From positions 1 through 30,541 of IMG/VR virus record IMGVR_UViG_3300024310_000025: 30,541 bases of DNA. One strand, 5' to 3'. The first letter of the stretch is position 1, and every line of letters begins with the position of its first letter. The notes under the pieces are model-generated. The model did not search any database. It had not been told where the DNA came from and saw nothing but the letters and a program-made list of their open reading frames with translations. This DNA comes from a virus. Lineage: Duplodnaviria > Caudoviricetes. Positions 1 through 6,859 of the stretch are shown piece by piece. The position numbers and the translations under genes were made by a program.

Positions 1-33
1 GGCGGCATCCAGCACTGGCGGAAGGCCGTTCAT
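1..33 (-). CDS. 5' end of a gene truncated by the window edge (MNGLPPVLDAA...), possibly a SAM-dependent methyltransferase
   Basis: ATG at 33 overlaps the TGA of 30..929 (ATGA). VLDAA resembles the start of SAM-binding motif I, but only 11 codons are visible. Confidence 0.3.
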   Translation of the reverse strand, partial: MNGLPPVLDAA

Positions 34-929
34 GCTTCACCGGTTGGGTGTTGTGGGCGCGTCACCGCCGATGCGACAAGCCAATGGGTAGGATTGCCGA
101 GCCCGAGCACGCCGGGCGGGTCAGAGAACGCCGCGGTAGTCACCCAGCCGGAGATCCCGCGGATATCCTCCCAATGGGCAATGCCGCGCACAAATCCCCA
201 CGTTCCCATGTCGCGCCCGACGACAATGCGGCTGCCGTCCTTCGGCGCCGTTTCGATGGGCTGCCACGCTTCCTGCGGTACTGCTCTGAGCCGGTCGTTC
301 TCCGCCTTCTCGTCACGCCAGCGCGCTTCCCAATAGCGTTCAGCAGCGCCGGGTTCGTATGGGAATGAGCAGCGCGGGCAGGGTGGCCTCTCCGTGCCGG
401 CAGATGGCTGTGGTTTAACGGGACGCGCGCCGCTGCCATTGCAGAAAGAACAGACTTCGCCGCTATCGGGGTGATTGCTATAGCCACTCCCGCAGCACAC
501 GTCACAGGTCGCGGCAGAGGAGCATTTGACTGGGTTCGCACACAGGCATGGCCCGACGCTCTGATTTTCGAGCACACACCCGTCGATCGCATACGGGCAC
601 GTCTCGACCGGAGCGGCCGGCTGGGCGGCGTCGGCACAAGGATGGCACCAAACGACAAGCGCAGCCTCTCCGTTGAGAGCGCATCCGCATTTCTGGCAGT
701 GCCCATCCACTGATTGGGCAGGAGCGATGGCGCGCAGCTTCTTGACCCATGACTCGACACACAGAAACTGCCCGTGCGTGTCCTTGATCCAAGCGAGATC
801 GTTAAGCAGTTCTTCCGCATATTTGCGGTCACTTGCGATGTCAGCGGATGACTGGCGCCCCGCCCCGCAGATGTAGCAGGCAGGATCGCTACCTCCGCAG
901 CGACTGCAAAATTGTCCGATGTCGCTCAT
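30..929 (-). CDS. Multi-zinc-ribbon protein with C-terminal DUF551-like domain
   Basis: C-terminal WQPIETAPKDG...PTHW motif typical of DUF551; many CxxC pairs, including CDVCCGSG/CSFCNGSG (DnaJ-type CxxCxGxG). Confidence 0.7.
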   Translation of the reverse strand: MSDIGQFCSRCGGSDPACYICGAGRQSSADIASDRKYAEELLNDLAWIKDTHGQFLCVESWVKKLRAIAPAQSVDGHCQKCGCALNGEAALVVWCHPCADAAQPAAPVETCPYAIDGCVLENQSVGPCLCANPVKCSSAATCDVCCGSGYSNHPDSGEVCSFCNGSGARPVKPQPSAGTERPPCPRCSFPYEPGAAERYWEARWRDEKAENDRLRAVPQEAWQPIETAPKDGSRIVVGRDMGTWGFVRGIAHWEDIRGISGWVTTAAFSDPPGVLGLGNPTHWLVASAVTRPQHPTGEA

Positions 930-1039
930 TGCGCAATCCCTACGAATTGGAGAAAGAAGCCGACAGCATAGGCAGCGGCGGGGAAGCCGATCGGCGCCAG
1001 CATGCAGCCCAGGAAGGTGACGAGAAGGACGCGGGTCAT
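926..1039 (-). CDS. 37-aa hydrophobic peptide (MTRVLLVTFLGCMLAPIGFPAAAYAVGFFLQFVGIAQ)
   Basis: Translated by hand; ATGA overlaps at both ends (1036-1039 and 926-929). Confidence 0.6.
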   Translation of the reverse strand: MTRVLLVTFLGCMLAPIGFPAAAYAVGFFLQFVGIAQ

Positions 1040-1209
1040 GCCTCGTCCCTCATTTTTTCGTATTCATAGTCCGGATCGCGCCAGCTCTTACCGCACTCTC
1101 CACTGCATTTGTCCGGCTGCCATCCTCCGCGACATTCCCACGGAGCCGCACCGCAGAACTCGCATCGGTCGTCGTCGGGATTGTGCGTCTTCCAATCGTC
1201 GTAGCTCAT
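1036..1209 (-). CDS. Small Cys-rich phage protein (MSYDDWKTHNPDDDRCEFCG...)
   Basis: Protein-like ORF in the operon; stop overlaps the next ATG. Start may be at 1209 or 1215. Confidence 0.65.
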   Translation of the reverse strand: MSYDDWKTHNPDDDRCEFCGAAPWECRGGWQPDKCSGECGKSWRDPDYEYEKMRDEA

Positions 1210-1246
1210 AGGCATCCCCAATGTCGTAGCGTCAGTGAAAGTGCGC

Positions 1247-1327
1247 TCAGATACGCGCGTCCCAAAAGAACCAAATGAGAAGAACAACGATCACAGCGAT
1301 AATTCCGAGTGCGATTATCCAGCCCAT
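1247..1327 (-). CDS. 26-aa single-TM peptide (MGWIIALGIIAVIVVLLIWFFWDARI)
   Basis: AGGAG Shine-Dalgarno upstream; ATG directly follows the TAA of the preceding peptide. Confidence 0.55.
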   Translation of the reverse strand: MGWIIALGIIAVIVVLLIWFFWDARI

Positions 1328-1390
1328 TTACGTAGCTCCTGCGAGAACGAACACCACGGCGAAGAATGCGAAGACGCAAAAGATCATCAT
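1328..1390 (-). CDS. 20-aa hydrophobic peptide (MMIFCVFAFFAVVFVLAGAT)
   Basis: ATG overlaps the HNH stop (ATGA 1387-1390); TAA abuts the next ATG. Confidence 0.4.
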   Translation of the reverse strand: MMIFCVFAFFAVVFVLAGAT

Positions 1391-1749
1391 CGCTCGCGCT
1401 CCGCGTGGACTATCTCGCCATTAAACTTCCTCCACCTCGTCATGGTGCGGGGCTTCTTGATCCCAAGGTGACGCTTGCGAACGCGATCGTTCTTGGCCTT
1501 CTGCTTCACGTCCTCGGCGGTCTTGACCTTGTGCGGCTCAACGAGCGCGGGAGCCAGATTCGCTTCCCTATTCTCGCCGCCGTTAATGATGGCCTGCGGG
1601 TGTTCGATTTCCCACTTGTCGCCAGCCATGATCTTTCGGCCGGATAAGTAGCAAATGCCGTTATGGCGTTCGAACACCCGCAGACGGACGCGCGGAGGGG
1701 CTGGCGTATCCGGCGTCTTTCCGATCCATTCGGGGACTTCGCGGGTCAT
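1387..1749 (-). CDS. HNH endonuclease
   Basis: RLRVFERHNGICYLSG...WEIEHPQAIINGGENREANLAPALVEPHKVKT beta-beta-alpha-metal pattern; ATG 1749 overlaps the upstream TGA. Confidence 0.85.
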   Translation of the reverse strand: MTREVPEWIGKTPDTPAPPRVRLRVFERHNGICYLSGRKIMAGDKWEIEHPQAIINGGENREANLAPALVEPHKVKTAEDVKQKAKNDRVRKRHLGIKKPRTMTRWRKFNGEIVHAERER

Positions 1750-2081
1750 ACGCGCGCCCTTGTGTTGCTGCTCTGCGTTCTCCATGCCTCAATCTTGGCG
1801 TCAGCCGCAGCCCGCAAGAACCGATGGCCCTCATCGATCTCAACCGCCTGGCGGATTGCTTCAAGGTGCTGAACGTAACGCTCATCAGAATAAGCTTCCC
1901 GTTCTTGAAGGACGGCCGACATCGCGCCGTGTTCCTTCATCAGCTTGGCCTTGAGCACCTTGCGGTACTCTTCGACGTAGACACGATTGGCCTTGGCCTG
2001 AGCTGCATCCCGCGCATTGTCACGGAGATAATCCAGTGCCTTGTCGATCTCGTCGTCGGTTATGAACGAACGGTTGCTCAT
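1746..2081 (-). CDS. Conserved helical/coiled-coil phage protein next to the recombinase (possible recombination mediator)
   Basis: 111-aa helical ORF with ATGA overlaps at both ends; function inferred from position only. Confidence 0.6.
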   Translation of the reverse strand: MSNRSFITDDEIDKALDYLRDNARDAAQAKANRVYVEEYRKVLKAKLMKEHGAMSAVLQEREAYSDERYVQHLEAIRQAVEIDEGHRFLRAAADAKIEAWRTQSSNTRARV

Positions 2082-2788
2082 CCCACCATCCTCATGACAT
2101 CGCCGGCTTCCTGCTTGCGAAGCTCGGCTAGGTGCTCCTTGCAGATACCGCGGAACATCTCCTGCCAATCCTTTTTGAGGTCTGCGACGCGCGCGATAAC
2201 ACCTTCATCATTCATCCAAGCGATAAACTTCTTGGACTCACCAAACTGGTGGGCCTCTTTCTGAAGAGTTTCGAATATAGGCCGCTGGTCAACCACGCGC
2301 AGTTTCCTGGCAGATTCTGCATGTGGAATGTTGTCGATCACCTCGCCGTGCTCGTCATAGTCGGCGGCTGGCAAGATGTCGGCAGGGCGCGTGACATGCG
2401 GATTGGGACGCTTGAACTCGTCGGACTCGTCTTCGGAGTAAAGATCGCCGTGAGTTGCCAGAAGCTTCAAGATTACCCGATCTCGCGACCGCTTCTCAGC
2501 CATCGCAGCCATATATGCGTTCTTACAATTTTCGGGCGCAGCCTCGCCGAACGACCATTCCGTCTTATCGCCCATTGACGCGAACGTGCAGATCACCATG
2601 CTGCGCTTTACGAGGTCGCAAGCGACGACAGACGGGCGCTCAAACTTGATGTCCAGCTCAATGGCGATACGCTCAAGAGCCTTGTGCTTGACCGCGTAAG
2701 CCTTTCCGCCGGGAACAGGCCACACTTCGTCGGAGGTGACGCCGTACTTTTTCATGAAGTCAGCGACTTCCCGCGGGATACTAGCCAT
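2078..2788 (-). CDS. Putative ssDNA-annealing recombinase (Rad52/Sak-like)
   Basis: KHKALERIA...EWSFGEA...NAYMAAMAEKRSRDRVILKLL...LYSEDE pattern and position in the left early operon. Confidence 0.55.
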   Translation of the reverse strand: MASIPREVADFMKKYGVTSDEVWPVPGGKAYAVKHKALERIAIELDIKFERPSVVACDLVKRSMVICTFASMGDKTEWSFGEAAPENCKNAYMAAMAEKRSRDRVILKLLATHGDLYSEDESDEFKRPNPHVTRPADILPAADYDEHGEVIDNIPHAESARKLRVVDQRPIFETLQKEAHQFGESKKFIAWMNDEGVIARVADLKKDWQEMFRGICKEHLAELRKQEAGDVMRMVG

Positions 2789-3059
2789 TGTGGATCACTC
2801 GCAGTTGCGACGGTTGACGGGCCATCAGGAAAGAGGCGATAAGCTGGGCGCGGGTCAGGATCTGACCGATCGCAATGCGCTGCCGCTCGATCAGGTCAAC
2901 CGTTTCCGGGTTCGCCGCGAGGCCGCACATCTCGTCCAGCTCGCGAATGATGCAGTCGAGCCGGTACTCGATCTGTACCTCAGCGGGCTCGCCGGCCATG
3001 CTCTTACGGACGGCTTCGAGAAGCTGGCTGTCGAGGTCTAGGTCTGACATGGCACCCAT
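2781..3059 (-). CDS. Hypothetical phage protein
   Basis: Helical ORF; TGATG coupling at 3057-3061. Confidence 0.6.
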   Translation of the reverse strand: MGAMSDLDLDSQLLEAVRKSMAGEPAEVQIEYRLDCIIRELDEMCGLAANPETVDLIERQRIAIGQILTRAQLIASFLMARQPSQLRVIHNG

Positions 3060-3145
3060 CACAGCACCCACGTTACGATTGAGAACACGCCAAGTCCGGC
3101 GATGACGCAGGCACAGAAAAGATCGATACGATTCTCGGGGATCAT
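3059..3145 (-). CDS. 28-aa single-TM peptide (MIPENRIDLFCACVIAGLGVFSIVTWVL)
   Basis: Translated by hand; ATGA overlap at 3142-3145 and TGATG overlap at 3057-3061. Confidence 0.55.
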   Translation of the reverse strand: MIPENRIDLFCACVIAGLGVFSIVTWVL

Positions 3146-3348
3146 TTCAGCCTCCGCGCGGCTTCCTGCTGTTCGCGAATTGTGAGTGGATCGTTCCCGC
3201 CGTAAAAGTTGCCGCAGAAGCGGTCCCATGCGGCCTCAGCGGCGTTCTGCTCACAGTCGTCGCAGATGATCTCGCCGAATTCGTTCTCTTCGCGGATCGA
3301 GCAAGAGCAGTTGCACTTGTCGCAGAGGTTGCCAGCGATGATCATCAC
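3142..3348 (-). CDS. Small zinc-ribbon protein
   Basis: CDKC...CDDC pairs; ATGA overlaps. Confidence 0.6.
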   Translation of the reverse strand: MMIIAGNLCDKCNCSCSIREENEFGEIICDDCEQNAAEAAWDRFCGNFYGGNDPLTIREQQEAARRLK

Positions 3349-3692
3349 GCTTCCTCCATCCCGAAGGCACTGGCTGCGCGCACGCCAGCGACCAGCTCAA
3401 CGAATTCGTATTCCTTTTGGGAGAGCAGCTTGCCGTCCTGCGCCCAGCGCTGAATGACGGTCCCGCACACATCGGCGGTCGCATCCCGGCAGGTTCCGTT
3501 TTCGAGCGAGAACGCGACGATCTGGCGAAGGTCGTTGTATTCGCCGGTCGAGACCTGATGGATGACCTCGGCGCGGTCCATGGCGTTGCCGTCGATCCAA
3601 GGCTCACGACGTCCGCAGAAGACAATGAACTTCTCGGCCGGGCGGATCGCTGCGATCTCGATGACGTTGGAGGCTGGAAGCTGCTGGTTCAT
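3345..3692 (-). CDS. Hypothetical protein, first gene of the leftward early operon
   Basis: 115-aa ORF downstream of the PL-like promoter with a GGGGA RBS. Confidence 0.7.
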   Translation of the reverse strand: MNQQLPASNVIEIAAIRPAEKFIVFCGRREPWIDGNAMDRAEVIHQVSTGEYNDLRQIVAFSLENGTCRDATADVCGTVIQRWAQDGKLLSQKEYEFVELVAGVRAASAFGMEEA

Positions 3693-3720
3693 AGTGCCGT
3701 TCCCCGTGTTGACGAGAACG

Positions 3721-3771
3721 ACCTTACACTAGATGAAAATAACCGCAACAACTATTTTGCATCTAGCGTAA
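3721..3771 (-). promoter_or_regulatory. PL-like promoter with two repressor operators
   Basis: Minus strand TTGCGG-N16-TAAGGT (3748-3721). Operators TTACACTAGATGAAA (3724-3738) and TTGCATCTAGCGTAA (3757-3771). Confidence 0.75.
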
Positions 3772-3793
3772 CAATAATATTGTGCAGCGCAAC

Positions 3794-3817
3794 AAAAAGC
3801 CCGGCGCTGGGCCGGGC
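3794..3817 (-). terminator. Rho-independent terminator ending the cI transcript
   Basis: GCCCGGC/GCCGGGC stem (3799-3805/3811-3817) followed on the minus strand by a U5 run (A3794-3798). Confidence 0.75.
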
Positions 3818-3841
3818 GGTGGGCATCGGATTCGGGATTAA

Positions 3842-3970
3842 CTATCTCAGGAAGTAGATCAGCAGGCCGCCAGCCAGTACGACAAAGATCAGCATCGTCT
3901 TTGCCAAATCTCGCATGAGCGCTTTTGCCCGCGCCTCATAGGCTCCATCGGAAAGATTGTTCTCGGTCAT
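3842..3970 (-). CDS. 42-aa membrane peptide co-transcribed with cI
   Basis: ATG 3970 overlaps the cI TGA; C-terminal TM MLIFVVLAGGLLIYFLR; followed by the terminator. Confidence 0.6.
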   Translation of the reverse strand: MTENNLSDGAYEARAKALMRDLAKTMLIFVVLAGGLLIYFLR

Positions 3971-4305
3971 TTGTCGGTTCCAGTTTTGACGACAGATCGC
4001 GCGATTTCTTCGATAAGCTGGCGCTCGCCCTGTTTGGCCTGGTCCCAGATAGACCACATGGCCTCAGGTTCCTGTGGGTTGCGCATGATGAGGCTGGCAG
4101 GATCAGTCATCAGCGTATCTGCCAGCGCCTCCAAGACATCCTGAGTGTAGGGCTGCGTTCCCTTCTCGATCCTGGAAATGCTTGCCACGGACGTTTCAAG
4201 GCGCCCGGCGAGCTGTTCTTGGGTCAGCCCTCGGAACTCGCGCCATTCCTTGAAGAATGTCCTGCGCCGCTGGCGTGGCTTCTGAAGTGCGATTCTCTTT
4301 GGCAT
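3967..4305 (-). CDS. cI: CI-like XRE HTH repressor (short, no S24 peptidase domain)
   Basis: FKEWREFRGLTQEQLAGRLETSVASISRIEKG is an XRE HTH; divergent from the cro-like gene. Confidence 0.85.
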   Translation of the reverse strand: MPKRIALQKPRQRRRTFFKEWREFRGLTQEQLAGRLETSVASISRIEKGTQPYTQDVLEALADTLMTDPASLIMRNPQEPEAMWSIWDQAKQGERQLIEEIARSVVKTGTDK

Positions 4306-4314
4306 TCCAGCACT

Positions 4315-4390
4315 TTACACTCTATGCAAGTGAATTACCCTCACACTAGATGCAAAATCGCTTGCGGACGATTTACAACTAGTGTAAGGG
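4315..4390. promoter_or_regulatory. OR-like region: three operators and PR-like promoter
   Basis: TTACACTCTATGCAA (4315-4329), TCACACTAGATGCAA (4341-4355), TTACAACTAGTGTAA (4373-4387). Plus strand TTGCGG-N17-TAAGGG (4362-4390) mirrors PL. Confidence 0.8.
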
Positions 4391-4398
4391 ATTGAGGC

Positions 4399-4641
4399 AT
4401 GAGTGAAGCAGAGAGAACGAACCCTGTTCGGAAATGGCGCAATGAGCGAAAGCTCAGCCTTGAGGAGGCGTGCCAACTATTTGCCGACCGCGGTTATCCA
4501 AAGCCCTCCATCGCAAAGCTTTCCAGAATCGAGCGCGATCAGGACATCCCGGCAGAGATGGTCCCGGCGCTGGAGCTGATCACGGGAATTCCAGCCAAGG
4601 AACTGCGCCCTGATCTCGCTGAACTGTTTGGGGTGGCTTAA
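4399..4641 (+). CDS. cro: Cro-like HTH regulator
   Basis: HTH plus C-terminal ITGIPAKELRPDL motif typical of Cro/YdaS-like proteins. Confidence 0.8.
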   Translation: MSEAERTNPVRKWRNERKLSLEEACQLFADRGYPKPSIAKLSRIERDQDIPAEMVPALELITGIPAKELRPDLAELFGVA

Positions 4642-4883
4642 TGGGCCAGCCGCAGCCGGTCTTGCATGATGGATTTGCTGCCGTCCTCGTCCAGCGTTCG
4701 ACGGGCATCGGCAATTCCGGCCTCGGCGCCGATCAGGGAAACTATCAAGTTCAATTGCGCGCCGCCGTCGATGGTAAATCCGACGCAGCGAAGCACGCCG
4801 TTGACTTTTCGAAACGCTCCAAATCCATCGACGTAAATCGTCTGCATTCCGGTTGCTTGGAAAAGCAACTCTTTGTCGTTCAT
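4638..4883 (-). CDS. Hypothetical protein antisense to the PR operon
   Basis: Protein-like 81-aa ORF; stop overlaps the cro stop; G-rich RBS and upstream promoter candidate. Confidence 0.6.
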   Translation of the reverse strand: MNDKELLFQATGMQTIYVDGFGAFRKVNGVLRCVGFTIDGGAQLNLIVSLIGAEAGIADARRTLDEDGSKSIMQDRLRLAH

Positions 4884-4915
4884 GGGAAGTGCCCCCCGCC
4901 TCGGGTGAAGGAGAC

Positions 4916-4945
4916 ATCCTATGCGCGGTTGGGAAAAACTCGCAA
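4916..4945 (-). promoter_or_regulatory. Leftward sigma70-type promoter (PRE-like position)
   Basis: Minus strand TTGCGA-N18-TAGGAT; GCGGTT/AACCGC inverted repeat at 4925-4930/4952-4957. Confidence 0.45.
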
Positions 4946-5026
4946 GTTAAAAACCGCTGCGCGCGCATGCGACAAAAGTTGCTCTGAGGTTGAATCGAAT
5001 TTTCTCCGTTCCTTCGGAGGAACACA

Positions 5027-5278
5027 ATGACCCGGCGTGCGAGCCTCACGGGGATAAGCACTCGCACGCCGGGGCGCGGCGTCACGCAATACTACGCCGG
5101 CAACGAAATTCCTCTGCCTTCAGGCTCGATCCGATCGCCTGTACCTCCGCTCAAATCTCTCAATCTGTCGCAGGCCATTCTCGACGGCCTCGCGGTGCTC
5201 TTTGGTCTTTTCTTCCTCGCTGCGCTGTTCGGGGGGTTGCCGCTCGCCGTCGCGCTGATGGTTCTGGGAGTTTTCTAG
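5027..5278 (+). CDS. Putative membrane protein
   Basis: GGAGG RBS inside hairpin GTTCCT-TCGG-AGGAAC (5008-5023); hydrophobic C-terminus; overlaps an antisense ORF. Confidence 0.4.
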   Translation: MTRRASLTGISTRTPGRGVTQYYAGNEIPLPSGSIRSPVPPLKSLNLSQAILDGLAVLFGLFFLAALFGGLPLAVALMVLGVF

Positions 5279-5353
5279 GTATCTGACGAGATTTGCGGTT
5301 GCCGCCGCAAGCTCGATCCAAGTGTCTGAATTATCGTTCGCCGCTTTCTTCAT
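5120..5353 (-). CDS. Hypothetical protein (MKKAANDNSDTWIEL...)
   Basis: The AANDN motif is common in small rhizobial phage proteins; overlaps 5027..5278 on the other strand. Confidence 0.45.
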   Translation of the reverse strand: MKKAANDNSDTWIELAAATANLVRYLENSQNHQRDGERQPPEQRSEEEKTKEHREAVENGLRQIERFERRYRRSDRA

Positions 5354-5413
5354 GTCCGCAACATGAGGGAAGGAATTGCGAAAGTGTTGTCAAAGTTTGC
5401 GAGGAAAAAAGCG

Positions 5414-5785
5414 ATGAGTGCCGCCGCGTTAACGTCCATCACCCGCAGCGCCTTGGGCGCCCTGGTCGATCGTGAGGAGCGCCGCACAGGCTCCCGCATG
5501 GTGGCTTATGAGATCGTCGCGCAGACGATCGGCGCCTCCGCATCCTGGGTGCGCGCTTTCCTCGGAAAATCGGAAGGGGTCAAAGAACCCCGGATAACTT
5601 TGTTCCAAAATATCAGGGCCAGTTACGAAAATCTTTGTAGCCGCGTCGAACAAGAAAACCGAGCTGATGAGTTGAGATTGAAACTCATCAAGGGAGAGAT
5701 CGATGCGGTTACTCAAGGCTTTGATGCACAAGGTCTCCGTCAAAACGAGAACGTTGTGGGCCGTTTTCTTGGCAAAGATCCGTAG
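5414..5785 (+). CDS. CII-like transcriptional regulator
   Basis: HTH-like AYEIVAQTIGASASWVRAFLG; position after cro; GAGGA RBS before ATG 5414 (alternative start 5363). Confidence 0.5.
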   Translation: MSAAALTSITRSALGALVDREERRTGSRMVAYEIVAQTIGASASWVRAFLGKSEGVKEPRITLFQNIRASYENLCSRVEQENRADELRLKLIKGEIDAVTQGFDAQGLRQNENVVGRFLGKDP

Positions 5786-5810
5786 GGGAATTTAACAGAG
5801 GAGGCAGGGA

Positions 5811-6284
5811 ATGGAATCATTGGAAGTTCGTATAGTGACACCAGCAGAACGCCGGGAGCGCTTACGCCGTCTCTCCGGAATTATCGCTCCGGAACAGATG
5901 CCCGATATCATCGAGATCGCATCCAAGTTTCCATCTATTTCAAACGAGCAGATGGAAGAGGCCCACGAAATCTTCTTCAAGGGCGGCTTCACCAGGATCG
6001 AGACGATTCAGCGCGCGGTCCTGGTGGAGTTTCAGGGCGTCTCGATGGCCGACCTCAAGTCGAGACGGCGCACTGCAAACGTCGTCAAGCCCCGCCAGAT
6101 CGCCATGTATATCTCAAAAGAGATGACCAACCAATCGCTGCCCGACATCGGCCGGCGCTTTGGGGGACGCGATCACACCACGGTGCTCCATGCCGTCAAG
6201 AAGATCGGATCGATGGTTGCGGCCGACTGCTACTTCGCCGCGATGATCAAGCGTGTCATGGCACGGGTGGAGGGCGCCCGATGA
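5811..6284 (+). CDS. Stand-alone DnaA domain IV (DnaA C-terminal HTH) protein
   Basis: [39 protein letters not shown] is the DnaA signature; no AAA+ domain; GAGGAGG RBS. Confidence 0.9.
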   Translation: MESLEVRIVTPAERRERLRRLSGIIAPEQMPDIIEIASKFPSISNEQMEEAHEIFFKGGFTRIETIQRAVLVEFQGVSMADLKSRRRTANVVKPRQIAMYISKEMTNQSLPDIGRRFGGRDHTTVLHAVKKIGSMVAADCYFAAMIKRVMARVEGAR

Positions 6285-6424
6285 AGCCCCGCCTGAGAGA
6301 CCTCCTGAGGGCGCAGAAAGAGGCGCTGAGGAAAGCATCCCCGAAGTCGAGGGATCGCCTCCGGCATCGTGTGCGTATCCTGGAGCGGGTTGCGCAGCTC
6401 AAGCGCGAGGTCAAAGCAGCGTGA
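6281..6424 (+). CDS. 47-aa basic helical protein ([18 protein letters not shown]...)
   Basis: Translated by hand; ATGA and GTGA overlaps with neighbours. Confidence 0.55.
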   Translation: MKPRLRDLLRAQKEALRKASPKSRDRLRHRVRILERVAQLKREVKAA

Positions 6425-6639
6425 CCAAGATTCGCAAGAGTGTGCCGACCAGGGGCGTGCATGAATGGTGGCTTTTGAACTGGGAGTACATCATGCCGGA
6501 TTTCAGCAAGCCCGGCCATTCCATCATTGAGTGGAGCGGAGCAGGCGCCCCGCTTGAGCCTGACAGTATCAACCGCGTTCAACCCACCACAACTGAAGAG
6601 AACGCGGATGGCGACGACAGGCGACAACAGCCAGCTTAA
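6421..6639 (+). CDS. Hypothetical protein
   Basis: GTG start overlapping the previous stop; VHEWWLLNWEY...IIEW. Confidence 0.5.
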   Translation: MTKIRKSVPTRGVHEWWLLNWEYIMPDFSKPGHSIIEWSGAGAPLEPDSINRVQPTTTEENADGDDRRQQPA

Positions 6640-6859
6640 GGCAATCGTAGGACGAATTGAACAGGTCGAGATTGAGATTAAGGACCTGCAGACCGGACGC
6701 AATGAAATCTACGCCGAAGCCAAGTCTAATGGGCACAACGTAAAAGCGCTCAAGGATGCTGTTCGGCGCCGGAAGGCGGATGCCAACAAGCGCGCTGAGC
6801 ACGAGGCCCAGGTTGACCTCTACATGGCCGCTCTCGCTTCATTGGTGCGCCCATCGTGA
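6608..6859 (+). CDS. gapR: GapR/DUF2312 (UPF0335) DNA-binding protein
   Basis: QLKAIVGRIEQVEIEIKDL...EIYAEAKSNGHNVKALKDAVRRRK...VDLYMAAL matches the DUF2312 pattern. Confidence 0.85.
   Translation: MATTGDNSQLKAIVGRIEQVEIEIKDLQTGRNEIYAEAKSNGHNVKALKDAVRRRKADANKRAEHEAQVDLYMAALASLVRPS

Noticed and set aside
2789-2797. TGATCCACA (Caulobacter-type DnaA box) directly before the recombinase ATG on the minus strand
   Set aside because: Single 9-mer inside coding sequence, not clustered; chance occurrence cannot be excluded.
3687-3702. GTTC-N8-GTTC near the PL operon start as an alphaproteobacterial LexA box
   Set aside because: Spacer is 8 nt rather than the required 7.
4936-4950. Possible CtrA box over the leftward promoter
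   Set aside because: Only one TTAA half-site; the second half does not match.
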